Positions 34,431 to 47,118 of a stretch of 64,000 nucleotides of DNA are shown in pieces. The DNA lies in the NCBI GenBank assembly GCA_951406725.2, contig OX597819.1, positions 87,668,001-87,732,000 on the forward strand, given 5' to 3'. The notes below the pieces were generated by a model. It worked only from the letters and a program-made list of their open reading frames with translations, was not told where the DNA came from and searched no databases. This stretch comes from Octopus vulgaris. Lineage: Eukaryota. Position numbers and translations under genes: made by a program. Positions within the stretch are counted from its first letter, which is position 1, and each line of letters starts with the position of its first letter.

Positions 34431-37163
34431 ACTGTCAGCTTACTATTACTTCCCAACTTGATCATAATATGACAGCCTGTATCATAGAGTTGATATTTTG
34501 CTTTTATTACTCTAGTAAAAATCCATTACTGATTCCTTCATCATTGATCTGGGGTATCAGGGTACAGTCAATCGTGAACCAAGTTATGCTTATTTAGGAT
34601 TGATTTGTGATAACACAGGTTGGTGATCAGTCAAATATTCTGCTTGTACCAGAAAAATGTGCCCAAGTGGCCACCCACAATGTTCAGCTACCTAGAATGC
34701 ATTGATCATTGGTAGTGTTTACATGACTTTGTTGCAAGGCTGCATATTTTTTTCATACATATTTACATACTCCTACTCATCAACATGGGAACAATGAACA
34801 GGAAAAATATAGAGACACCTGATACTAACAAATGACGTAGATAAGTGTGTTCTCAACAAGAACAGATAGAAATGATCTAGAAAGTACAAGATGGCAGAAG
34901 CTTTACTACAATGAGCGGCAAGTTTGATGTCAATGAATCTACTATTTGTTCCACTTACTTAGTGCAGGGAGATGATTCATTTAACATTTTCTTTTTTAAA
35001 TCAAATCCTAACATTTTGAAAACAACAAAATACTTTAATGTTGCTACACACAACTATAACTGTTAAGTATGGGATCTGATCAAAAACATGACAATCTCCC
35101 TCATACTGGCACTACAGAAAAAAAAAGAACAACCGGTCAACTCTGTAAAGTATTTGGTGTTAGGATGGGCATCCAACAAAGCCAAAAATGAAACTTATGC
35201 ACAAGATGTAATCCCCTGACTCATCAAGAAGGACTGCAATGACTTGCCTAACTCATAAAAACATGGAAAGTGGACACAAAATGATGATGATGATGGTGGT
35301 GATAGTGGTGATGGTGGTGGGTGTGTGAGAGAGAGAGAGAGAAAGAGTATACAAATAAATATTCATGTTCATACATTCTTCTTTTTCTCTACTTTTATTG
35401 GCTTCAGTCAGTGGACTATTGCCATCCTGGACACAACTTTCAAGAGCAATTATATATCTATGGCTCCCAACACTTTTGGGAGAGCAGTAATTCCAAATAA
35501 GAAATGACTCAACCACTAAGACCTGTCCTACCAATGCCAGAACAGAAAGCAGATATAAAATTATGATGATGATGGACCTTAGTACTTTTTCTAGTGCATA
35601 TTTTACCTCTTCTCAGAAGAAACAAAATAGAAAATGTTTTATTAATATCTCCTCAACTATTTTTATTTTTTTTACAACCATTCAAGAGAAAGTTTTATTT
35701 TTATTTTTAGTTTTCTTAACCCTTTACCTAGGTAAAAAATTTTGCATAAGTTGGTCTTAAACATCCATACTTGTTTACAGATTCATAGTAAGTCCTTGTT
35801 TCATACATTCTGAATAATAAAGCATTTATTTCATTAGTCCCAAGTTACTCAGGTGGTTGAAAAAAATTGGCAATGTATATCATATATGATGCACAGAAGC
35901 CAGCGAAATATGCCCTGTGTATAACATATAATACACAAGATAGGCAAAGAGTTAAGTGACTGTTTTTACATCTTGATGTCTTTTCTACTGCTAGCTAATA
36001 AACTCCTTAAAATAAATTCACAAGGGTCCTTGATTTAATGGGTTTTGTTTTTCTTTATAAAAATTTAAAAAAATTTTTTAATAATTTTGCTTATTTTTAA
36101 CTTTTCACTTTGAATATAAATTCAATAAACAATACACAGAAAAGTGAAAAATAAGCAAAAGCCATACTTTGAAATAATTTGATAAATTATTAAAATGGAT
36201 AGAAAATGAGAAATATTTCTTTTAAAGTATTGAATTATTCACTGGTCAACAGTTCACATGGAATGTCAATTATTTTCAGTCAGGTTTAGAATGAAATAAA
36301 TAGAAAAAAGTATTTAAAAATCTACTATAATGTTAGTTTGTAACCACAGCTGATGGAACAGTAAATTACAAAGAGAAATGCCTATAAGTAGCATATACTA
36401 AATGACAAAAGCATTCACTAGAGGTAGTAGCTCATAGAGCTGGACTTTACTCAGTGTTCAGTCATGTTAATCATCATCATCATTAGTTTTGATCTCTACT
36501 TTTACAAGTTTGCATGGCTCAGATAGTATTTATTGAGACAAATTTTCTATGGCTAGATGCTAGTCTTGTCATTAACCCATACCAGTTTACAAGCATAGCA
36601 ATATTGACCAGACATGTGTTTCTAGAGGACAATGATTTCAACCATCACATGATGTCAAGAAGTGCATGTGCAAAAACACACAGACACACACACGTATAGA
36701 AAGGGCTTCTTTCAGTTTTCAACAACCAAATCCATTCACAAGGCTTTGGCTGGCCTGAGGATATAGCAGAAGACACTTGCCTAAGGTGCCACACAGTAGG
36801 ACTGTCTCCAAGACCATACAGTTGGAAAACAAACTTCTTAACTACATTATGGCTATGCCTACAAAGTGGAATAGAAGTTAATCTCACTTAGTAAATGCTC
36901 AGGTCTATCAGAGGAAACATTCTCAGAAAACCTGGCACTTAACTGTTTGTGAACTGAGACACATGACATTTAAATATCCTGCACCAGAGCCACAACAAAA
37001 ACATTTGAAGGAGATATATACTCAGGACTCTTGAATTGATAACATTGTTTTTTTGCTGGTTTGAATGTTTGAGTTGAATCTATTTAACATGTAATGGAAT
37101 ACCATGCTCCTTTCTGTTCCCAAGATAACAAACTCTACACTTAAAACAGATACATTTATCAAA

Positions 37164-37247
37164 CTGGCACCAATAAAATGTAGCTGCACCTTACTGCCAC
37201 CAATAAAATGTAGCTATACCATACTGCTGCCAATAAAATATAGCTAT
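37164..37247. repeat. 30-bp tandem repeat x ~3
   Basis: caccaataaaatgtagctgcaccttactgc units. Confidence 0.8.
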
Positions 37248-37446
37248 CTTTCAGGGAGTTCCTGGAATAAAAAAACAGATGATTGATGAATTAGATTAGA
37301 CAAAAAAAAAATTTGTTATATACATATTAATAATTAAAAATAAAAGTTTCTAATAAGAAGGTTATGTTTATACAAGGTATCAAGAGCAGAAATTTGCAGA
37401 CATCCATCAATGGAACTAAAACATTATTATTCAAAGAAAAGGATAC

Positions 37447-37589
37447 GTATATAATTGAATATATCGACTTTTTGCCATATTTTCTCGCCTGTATATCTGC
37501 TCAATACCCTCCTTGAGATCATCCCAGATTTGATCCAAACCTGTTGGCCGGAGTCCGTGAGGATTGTGATTTTTAGTAATGCCAGACAT
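37447..37589 (-). CDS. CUL1: Cullin-1 coding exon 1 ([47 protein letters not shown]+AC); exon probably begins at 37725 with 5'UTR
   Basis: ATG at 37589-37587; resembles human [17 protein letters not shown]...MAKSRYMELYT; donor GTATCCTTT; upstream acceptor ttttcttttattcag ending at 37726. Confidence 0.93.
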
Positions 37590-37682
37590 TTTGAAAATAG
37601 AAATGTGGACGAAAAAAATGTGTTTCTAGTGCTAACAGGCACAAAGTCACAAACAGAGTGGTCAGCAACTCTGGGGTTATTT

Positions 37683-37715
37683 TTAAGAAAGTTTACACAC
37701 TTTAGTATATGGCAT
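37683..37715 (-). promoter_or_regulatory. Short upstream ORF (MPYTKVCKLS*) in the predicted CUL1 5'UTR
   Basis: ATG 37715 to TAA 37683, inside the exon defined by the acceptor at 37726. Confidence 0.45.
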
Positions 37716-38138
37716 TGCTGTAAACCTGAATAAAAGAAAAGACAAAAAGTATTTTTTAGAATTTCCAAAATGTATTCATCAAACAATATTCAACATTCAA
37801 GAGGCAAAAAGACTTTTTCATTTAAGACAACAGAACTGACTACACAGTGAACGCAGAAAACTCAACCAGAATATAAAGAACATATATAATTCAGGAAGAA
37901 AAATAGAAACCTCTGATGAACTCTCACTAATTTGCAAATACATGTATGAATGGGTGGTAAGTGAAGCTCACATAATTATTTTATTCATTATGATAGAAAC
38001 AAAGAATCAATTAATGTCAAACAGGAACGGGTGACAACTTCAACGCAATTGTGATCAAAGATGGTAGTGGTTGAGTGAAATGTAAAGAAATAAATAAAAC
38101 TTTAGAGGAATCAACAAAAGAGGGAAGAAAGGGTGATC

Positions 38139-38572
38139 TTTTCCACTCTAGGCACAAGGTCCGAAATTTTTAGGAAGGGGGGGGGTCAGTCGATTAGATT
38201 GACCCCAGAATACAACTGGTACTTAATTTATCGACTCCGAAAGGATGAAAGGCAAAGTCGACCTTGGCGGAATTTGAACTCAGAACGTCAAGACAAATGA
38301 AATACTGCTAAGCCTCTCACCCGGTATGCTAACATTTCTTATTTCTTTATTGCCCACAAGGGGCTAAACATAGAGGGGACAAACAAGGACACACAAACGG
38401 ATTAAGTCGATTACATCGACCCCAGTGTGTGACTGGTACTTAATTTATCGACCCCGAAAGGATGAAAGGCAAAGTCAACCTTGGTGGAATTTGAACTCAG
38501 AACGTAAAGACAAATGAAATACCGCTAAGCCTCTCACCCGGTATGCTAACGTTTCTGCCAGCTCGCCACCTT
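38139..38572 (-). mobile_element. SINE family B (Nin-domain-like), dimeric, with ~15-bp TSD
   Basis: Head ggtggcgagctggcagaaacgttagc on minus; core duplicated; flanks gaagaaagggtgatc / gaggaaggggtgatc. Confidence 0.82.
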
Positions 38573-39785
38573 GAGGAAGGGGTGATCAAGACAAAGATGT
38601 AGTCAGATATTCTGATTCTATATTAAGAAAGCTAAAGTATAGGCCAGTTAAAAGTGAGATCTGTAATGTAAGTAAATTGCTATGCTGTTAAATTAATGCA
38701 AACAGCTAACAAGTCAACCTTACAAATTAGCTACTTTGAAAATTAAGAATGATACACTGAAAATAACAATGAATACATGATAAATGGTAATTGGAAAGCA
38801 ATGCAACTATTTCTTTCTTTTCAACAACTACCACAGCTCATTGCTCACACTATTTATAGTGTGGCCTTTACATAAACAACTAATCTTAGAACCGGTTCAA
38901 AGACTTAACCCTTTTGTATTTATACTGGTCATAGCTAACTGACTAGATCAGGCCTCTCACACCTACACTACATTGTCATTCTAAAAATAAACAATTGCAT
39001 CATCAAAATCTCAAAGCTATGAGATAATGCCTGATTAATGTGAATAAATAATCTGAATGCTAAAGCGTTAAAGATACCATATTTCTAAAAGAGCTTTGGG
39101 TAGTGAAAAACAAACATTTCTGTTCATCAGGAGAAGTATATCAGTCATATATACAGCAAATATTGTACAAAGAAAGTATGGACAGATAGCATGTAACGTA
39201 GTTAAACCCATGTTTGAAAATGCAAAATTTCACATCATTTTAGAGAAGAATTTGCAACCCAGTTAACTATTTATCAATGGTCTTTTCTGCTCTTTTAACT
39301 TTTTGTTGTGTATTGAACTCCTAATCAATATATAACAAATGTTGTACACTTGTTTAAATAATTAAAAACCTCCAGTCATATGGCATGCACAAGTTTTATG
39401 TGAACTTGTCTGGTTTTTTTTATATATATATATATTACAATTAAAATAAACAGCAATACAGTTGATTCCATCACTACAAGATTACGGTTGTTGTTACCCC
39501 TTCTCATACATTCTGCTGTTGGTTGTGCTTCCACTATGGCAAGATAAAAGTTCACAGTTTACAGCTATTTGATCCTTGTTCCTATACCTGTGCTAAGCAA
39601 ATAACAAGACTTGAGACTTCACTCCTGGTTTTTTTGGGGTATTTTTAAGCTTTGCAGCCAAATTTAGGACCAAGTGCATCTGTAAACTTTTGCACACAAA
39701 CTTAGTTCTCATTGCAGAATCAATGGAATAAGCCGTAAGATAAGTTCAAAATCTAGAAATAAGGTCAAGTATCAAAATGTCTGCA

Positions 39786-40013
39786 TTAACTCTTTAGTAT
39801 TCAGGTTATTCTGTCAAATGTAATGTTTGTTTATTTACACTGTTTTAAATTAATTATGCACTATCTCATAGCTTTGAGATTTCAATGGTGTGGTTGTTTA
39901 GTTTTAGAATGAAATTGTAGGGTCGAGGGGAGAAACTAGATCAGGCCATTTTCAACATAAAACAGGTTAAATATTTTGGCTGGATATGGCCAGTTTGAAT
40001 GCTAAAGGGTTAA
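39786..40013. mobile_element. piggyBac-type MITE
   Basis: TTAA|CTCTTTAG...CTAAAGGG|TTAA, collinear with 14945-15173. Confidence 0.7.
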
Positions 40014-40916
40014 TACAAACATTTCAAACTTTGACAGAGCAACAGAATGCATGTATTATAAAACCAAAGTATACAGTAAAACAGGCACAATATAAAAAGG
40101 AATTCCTTTAAGGCTGACAACCCAACAAATCTTAAATAGTTAAAGACAAGAAAGTATTTCAATGAAACTATCTATACAGACTATGATACAAGAGAATGTA
40201 CCTGTAAATGCTTTTGCTTGCTTCTTTTACCTAAACCTTATAATCAATGCAGATGGTGGAGTGAATATAATCCATAGAGTCAGGTATAAACCTAGAGGAT
40301 TTGCTAGTGATAATGACAATAAAGAAATTCTCTCAGTATACAGAATATATGCCAGACACTGTACAATTAGAGGACTGAAACCATCTGGAATGAAATAGGA
40401 TGAATGTGAGTAGATGGGTGTACAACAGTGTCTGTGCAACTTGGACAGAATAATTACTAGATATTTTGTTTGAAAACATCAGTTTATTGGGTTTTCTCAG
40501 AGATATACATTCCCTGTCATTATCATCAACATCAATTAACATTCACTTTTCCAAGCTTGCAAGGATCAGACAGAATTTGCTGAAGCAAATTTCTTTAGCC
40601 AAATACCTTTCCTGTCACCACACCTCACTTGCTTCCAAGCAAAGTAATATTTTCCACATGATGTCGAGAGTCCTCACATCATGTAGAAAAACACAAACAT
40701 GCATATGCTATTGTATATATTAAACGGGCCTCTTTCAGTTTCCATTCACCGAATCCACTCTTTAAGCTTTGGTCAGCCTGGATCTATAGCAGAAGGCACT
40801 TGCCCAAGGTGCCACAGAATGGGATCGAGCTGAACCTAAGACCACATGGTTGGGAAGCAAGCTTCTTAACCATACAGCCACACCAGCACCTACATGCTCA
40901 TGCTTACACCTACATA

Positions 40917-41523
40917 CGAGTCAAAAATTATCCGCACTTTTGCCACAACATGTCTTAATTATTGTCATACTGCCTTCTGCAGATGTGTGCTAATAGTTAA
41001 TACTATTGTGGTCAAATGATTGAAGTTTGAGTGTTCACACCATTTGTCTTTCTGGCTTTACAGTGGCCACTGAACTAGCAATGTGCACCAAAGAAGTACA
41101 AAGAGCAGTGATCCGATTTCTCTGGTCAGAAGGTGTGTCAGGTGCTGAAATTCATCGAAGGCTTTTAACACAATATGGGGACAGTGCACTATCACATAGA
41201 AGTGTGTATGAGTGGATCAAAAAGTTTAAAAGTGGCTGGACAAGCATGATGCACAAAGAGAGAGGAGGATGCCCATCAACCTCCACCACTGATGAGAAGA
41301 TTCAGCAAGCTTGGATTACTGCTCTTTGTTCTTCAGTGCACATTGCTAGTGGAGTAGCCATGCTTACACTGTAAAACCAGAAAGAAAAATGGCACAATGA
41401 GGCTCAAACTTCAATCACATGACCCCAGTAACACTAACTATAAGTGCACATATGCAGAAGGCAGTGTCACAATAATAAAGATATTTTATGGCGAAAGTTT
41501 GGATAACTTTAGACTTCCCCTCG
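40917..41523 (+). mobile_element. Internally deleted mariner element retaining the transposase N-terminal HTH
   Basis: ORF 41027..41374 QRAVIRFLWSEGVSGAEIHRRLLTQYGDSALSHRSVYEWIKKFKSG...PST; imperfect TIRs cgagtcaaaaattatccgcacttt / aaagtttggataactttagacttcccctcg; TA at left. Confidence 0.85.
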
Positions 41524-41842
41524 TGTGTATATATATCAAAAGATGTGTTATAATACTACTCCACATATACAAAGACAGCCATAACAACAATCCAACAAGC
41601 CTCCATCATCAGCTGCCCCATGGATATCATTATGGTTTCAACATCTGAGCAGTACCATTCAATTCGGTGGTGTCAACAGCAATAAAATAAGTGTTGTTTG
41701 GGAACAAACATACCAAAGAAACCACAACTTTCAAACACATTTACCCTGTGTACAACAGTATTGATAAATATATATATATATATATTTTTTTTTTATCTAG
41801 TTTCAGCTCACGAGCTGCGGCCATGCTGGGGCACCACCATTT

Positions 41843-41879
<37 letters not shown>

Positions 41880-41926
41880 GTGAATTGAAGAAATGGAGCT
41901 GAACGCAGATTGAACAGAAATCGTTT

Positions 41927-42020
41927 TATTTCATTCTACACGTGTTTCGAAAGGCACAAATTACCAAAATCCGATGGAATAATGGGACCATATTGTGTCT
42001 TTCTCTTCAGGAAGAAAATA
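41927..42020 (-). ncRNA. Type I hammerhead ribozyme with canonical core (Penelope/retrozyme type)
   Basis: TATTTTCTTC-CTGAAGA-G-AAAGACACAA-(33 nt)-TTGTGCCTTT-C-GAAA-CACGTG-TA-GAATGAAATA; stem I 9/10 pairs, stem II 10/11, palindromic stem III, GUA site, AATAAA just downstream. Confidence 0.78.
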
Positions 42021-42163
42021 GGAAATCCGTTGGAAAAACAAAAACAGAACAGAGGCGGAGCAAAAACAAATCGAACTATGCTCCTAAGAGCCCATGGCGA
42101 GTTGAAGAATATTTTTAAATTTGGAGTCAACAAGGAGGAGTACGGTTGGACATTTATTTTCAA

Positions 42164-42542
42164 TCACTACAATTGTTACTACGCAACATAGTTCTCCAGG
42201 TGTGTAGGTATTTGATTATGCAACCATTTCCCTGCATTATGAGATCTAGTTGTGTTTCCTCAGGCGATATGTAAATATTGTCTCTGTAAGTTCAAATTGG
42301 CTTCAAGAACATCCTGTCTGTCTCGCCAGTGGTCCTTCAGCGACAACACACCTAGCTACTACTAAGTCCAGGCCACGGCAGACAGAGAGGATGCTCTTGA
42401 AGCCAAGAATCTGAACTTACAGAGACAATATTTACATATTGCCTGAGGAAACACAACTAGATTTCATAATGCAGGGAAATGGTTGCATAATCAAGTACTT
42501 GCACACCTGGAGAACTATGTTGTGTAGAAACAATTGAAGTGA
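42164..42542. repeat. Long inverted repeat, ~170-bp arms, ~35-nt loop
   Basis: tcactacaattg...ttggcttcaagaacatcctgtctgtc pairs with gacagagaggatgctcttgaagccaa...caattgaagtga. Confidence 0.92.
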
Positions 42543-42660
42543 CCAGGCACAAACCTGGAAGTACATATAATACTGCTACGGGATAGCACAGGGTGAAATA
42601 TGAAGCTGGACGACTAGACAAGCTTTATACTGTACTCTAATATGTTCTTACCATACCTAT

Positions 42661-43532
42661 CATCATCATCACCATCATCGTTTAACGTCTGCTTTCCATG
42701 CTAGCATGGGTTGGACGGTTTGACTGAGGGCTGGCAAGCCAGGAGGCTGCACCAGGCTCCAATCTGATCTGACAAGATTTCTACAGCCGGATGCCCCTCC
42801 TAATGCCAACCACTCCAAGAGTGTAGTGGGTGCTTTTTACATGCCACCAGCACAGGAGCCAGTCAGGCAGCACTGGCATTGAGTACGCTCGAATGGTGCA
42901 TTTTACATGCTACCAGCACTGGCATCGACCACACTTGAATGGTACTTTTTACGTGCCACCAGCAAAGGTGCCAGTCAGGCAACACTAGCATCTACCACAC
43001 TCAAATGGTGCTTTTTACATGGTGCCAGTCAGGCAGCACTGGCATCGGCCATGCTTGAATGGTGCTTTTTACGTGTTTCTAGCATGGGAGCCAGTTAGGC
43101 AACACTGGCATTGACCACACTCAAATGACGCTTTTTACATGCCACCAGCACAGGTGCCAGTCAGGCAACACTGCCATTGACCATGACCATAATTTCACTT
43201 GGCTCAACAGGTCTCTTCTCAAGCACAGCATATTGCCCAACGATTGAAGGGTGCTTTTAAACAGGCCAGTTATGTGACACTGGCATCAGCCACAACTATG
43301 ATCTCACTTAGTTTGCTAGGTCTTCTCAAGCACAGCATATCTCCAATGGTCTTGGTCGCTTGTCATTGCCTCTGTGAGGCCCAACATTTGAAGGTCGTGT
43401 TTCATTACCTTATCCCATGTCTTCCTGGGTCTGCCTCTTCCACAGGTTCCCTCCACTGTTAAGGTGTGACACTTCTTCACACAGCTGTCCTCATCCATAT
43501 GCAGCATGTGACCATTCCAGCGCAGTTGTCTC
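42661..43532 (-). mobile_element. RTE LINE 3' fragment with ~40-66-bp minisatellite in 3'UTR (~42830-43190)
   Basis: ORF 43316..43507 (GRGRPRKTW) matches 10217..10414; (ATG)n tail. Confidence 0.85.
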
Positions 43533-46500
43533 TATATGGGGGGATGGGGGTAAATGAATTATACTTCACTAAAATGGTGGTCATGGGACTATATCAGAAA
43601 TCATTATTATATTATCAAATATGGCTTGTGAATGAGTGAATCATACACTAAAAACAGATTGAGAGAAATAAACAGATACAGTAAATAGATAAATTATTAT
43701 CAAAGCAATATACAAGGAAAAATTTAGATCAAAGACACTTTTTGACCTATAAAACAAAGTGGTCAAGGACAGAAATAAATAGAAAGAAAATAGATAAAAT
43801 AAAGGCTATAAAACAAAAATTTCCAAGAAAGAGAGTCCCTATTATTTGTTTTGATAATTTCAGAAAGTATTTCCCTCATTGCAGCTTTCATCCAGATGTA
43901 ACAAACTAAAGATTCTTTACACTGGGGTTGACTTTCTTCACTGCAGCTGATAAAGTAAACATCAATGGGTTACTGGCAACCATCCAGTACTACATTACCA
44001 TACTACATCATCTGTTCTCTCTGCTCTTTATATACAAATTTTGGCTTTATGCCTAATCAAAACAAATCATTATTATTACTATAAAGGAGAAATGCAATTA
44101 CCAGTTCCTGGTTCATGAATTAAAAGGCAATGAACTAAACTACAGTCCCCAGTCAAAGGATTTAACTCAATTCTTTCTGCATTTTTATGGTTGTATGATT
44201 GAATAGGAAATAACTATTTGCAAGGTCAATTTCACCCCAATAAAGCACAGGCCAGGCATTTACTGGACTCATTCACGAAATAGTTGCTGTTTTGTTAGTG
44301 TTGCACGTTTTCTTTCCATTTCCCATTATTTCACTCCTAGTATTTCTCAAGGTGGGGCGTAGCAATATTTTGGTGGTTGGTGGGTTACTTCAGAATAAGA
44401 TGTAAGTAACAAGTGAATAAAAATGGTAGGTAATCTTAGTTTTACCAACCTATCAAAAATCGTGTTAATTTATATTCCAAATACCAGCTTTCACTAAATT
44501 TTTCCTTAATTTCAAAATTAACTGAAACAAATTCAATACAAATATGGTAACAAAAGGATTAAGTCTTTTAATTAAAATTCCTCATGACCCTATGTTGTAT
44601 ACTAACTTTGTCCCTTCACGGAGGGGCACATTTTTTTTTGGGGGGGAGGGGTTATTTGAAGTGGCAGAGTGGGGGTACAACAACAGTTGAGAAACACTCA
44701 TTTAAAGCAAAAAAGAATAAGTGGGGCTATCACAATGCTAAAGAAAAGAGAGCTCAATAATATTAATTCAAGTAAACTAAAACATCTTTACAACTTAATC
44801 AGTTTTAACTCTTTATTGAAACAAATCAAAAACACCAAGACAAGATCATAATAAAAATTATTAGTTTAATATTTTAAAAAATGGGAAAATGGGAAAAGTT
44901 AATTGCTATGGTGTTTCAGATACGGTTTCCTTTAGTACAGAGAGTAGAGTGGAAAGTGAAGAGGAAAGCTAAAAAAAGCCATGATAACAATAGTGGTTTC
45001 AAATTTTGGAACAAGGCTGGCAATTTGAGGGGAAGGGTAAATCAATTACAACAACCCCAGTACTCAGCTGGCACTTATTTTATCAACCTCAAAGGGATGA
45101 AAAGCAAAGCTCATCTAAGCAGAATTTGATCTCAGAATGTAAAGAGCTGGAAGAAATGTCATTAAGCATTTTGTTTAACACGCTAATAAGTCTACCAACT
45201 CACTGCAATAATAATTATAATAAAAATGCAAAGAGCAAGCCAGGCAAAAATGCCCATTTGGAACTAGTTGTACATATACACAAAGAGTTTATAGCACAAC
45301 TTATTAGGAAGAGAATTAGCTTAGATTAAAGGCAATTCAGATTGATACTAGAACGGGGTCCCAGCTCTCAACTGCTTATTACAGCACCCTAGGTCATAAC
45401 AGGGAAGCTTAAAACTGGTTGTTCGTGGGATCAACCAACAACCTAGTTATCACAGTTGAATCACTCAAAGATTTCAGAAGAAATTCCATGCATGAACGCA
45501 AAGACTAGAACTGAGAATTCTTAAAATAAACCTCACAAAGACAAAAATCTGAATTAGACGAAAGAAAACATGACTAACACTATTTAGGAAATGACTTTGC
45601 TCAATATACAGAAAAGGAGTGGTTAATAATTCCATACAATGTATCCAACCAAATCAACCAAATCAAAAAATAAACCCAAATACTAAGTGAACAAAGATGA
45701 ACCGTCCCACTTCCATTGCATGTACATGCACACACACAAACACACACATACACACACCCACTTTTACATACACATATATTCACAGAGTTGAAACGCTGTT
45801 TGATTTATTTTTTCAGCATACAATTTTCATCATCCCACAACCAAGTATCACATCACCCCTTTCCTTCCTTACTCATAAACACAAGAGTATTATTATAGTA
45901 GATTATCTCGGTAACCATGGAAGCTATGAAAAAAGTACAAAGCCCAGCATCACCACCAGATCATTCTACACATCTGTGTAATTTTTCACACAATTCCATC
46001 CAGCCATTTGACCATGAATCCCAAGACAAGAAAGAATCGCCCATGTCAAATTTATATGTATATAAACAAAAACAAAATAACTAATGCAAAACCACCATCA
46101 ATAGATAGAATACAGGTTTTATAGTTTAGTTATCTGTAGGATATCTAATCCTGAGGGTAATATAGAAACCTAGTATTGATATTGATTTCTTTGGAGTAAT
46201 CATGAAGATACATGTTGTATTAATGTCAAAAGGAAGAAAAGAAAAGTTAACTGAAGCAGGATCTGAACTGAAACTTAGAAGAACAAGACTAATTTCAATA
46301 TATTGGATAGTATTTTAAGGTGGTGAGCTGGCAGAATTGTTAATATGTTGGGTATTTCATTCTGAGTTCAAATTCCGCGATGGTTGACTTTGTTTTTTTG
46401 TTTTTCATCCTTTTGCGGACAATAAAATAAGTATCAGTTGAACCCTGGGGGCTGATGTAATCCAATTAACCCCTCTCCTGAAATTGCTGGCATTGTGCCA

Positions 46501-47082
46501 AAACTCGAAACCAATATATTGTAAGGTACTCGATTCTGTAAGCTAACCTATCACTGTGCACAAGCCCAATATTGTACTACATGCAATGATAATAAACATA
46601 TTGAGACACTTGAGAAAAAAAGTATTTCAAAATGATCGTTTAAAATTACATTCTGTACGTAATTTCAAAGAAAACTAAGAAGTTTTGTGAAGTTTAAGCA
46701 AAAGATTTATCAAATGTAGCTGCTATCATAAACTAAAATGAAGGTCTCTGATATTATTCAAAAATCTAAGCTGACTAATGTGAAGCCTTTCCTTTTATTC
46801 AAATCCAGTATGCCCTCCTAGAAATATGAAAGACTTCAAGCCAACATACAATAACTTACTAATTGACAGACTTGTTTACTTTTGTTCATTAAACTCTAAG
46901 CTGTAAAAAGAGAAGAGCAATATATTTACTGTTGGTATTGATAAGAGATGAATACAGGGAGTGTCTGCAGAACATTACAAAATGGCATATTTTTGTAAAG
47001 AAAAACAGTGAATCACACTTTCAAGCACATGGATATATATCATATACACACTGTGTATCTGTGTGTGTACATATATATCCAT

Positions 47083-47117
<35 letters not shown>

Positions 47118-47118
<1 letters not shown>

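Larger units (their letters stand above)
33756..37446 (-). other. CUL1: U12-type (minor spliceosome) GT-AG intron, 3691 nt, phase 2
   Basis: 5' splice site GTATCCTTT (37446-37438); branch site TTTTTCCTTGAC (33776-33765) with branch A ~11 nt from the 3' end; no polypyrimidine tract. Confidence 0.92.

Noticed and set aside
39588-39679. Possible extra 5' exon of CUL1 (tttacag...CAG|gtatag)
   Set aside because: Poor polypyrimidine tract and no homology; cannot be supported without transcripts.
42830-43190. CRISPR-like repeat array
   Set aside because: Degenerate tandem units with no unique spacers, inside an RTE 3'UTR in eukaryotic DNA; no cas genes.
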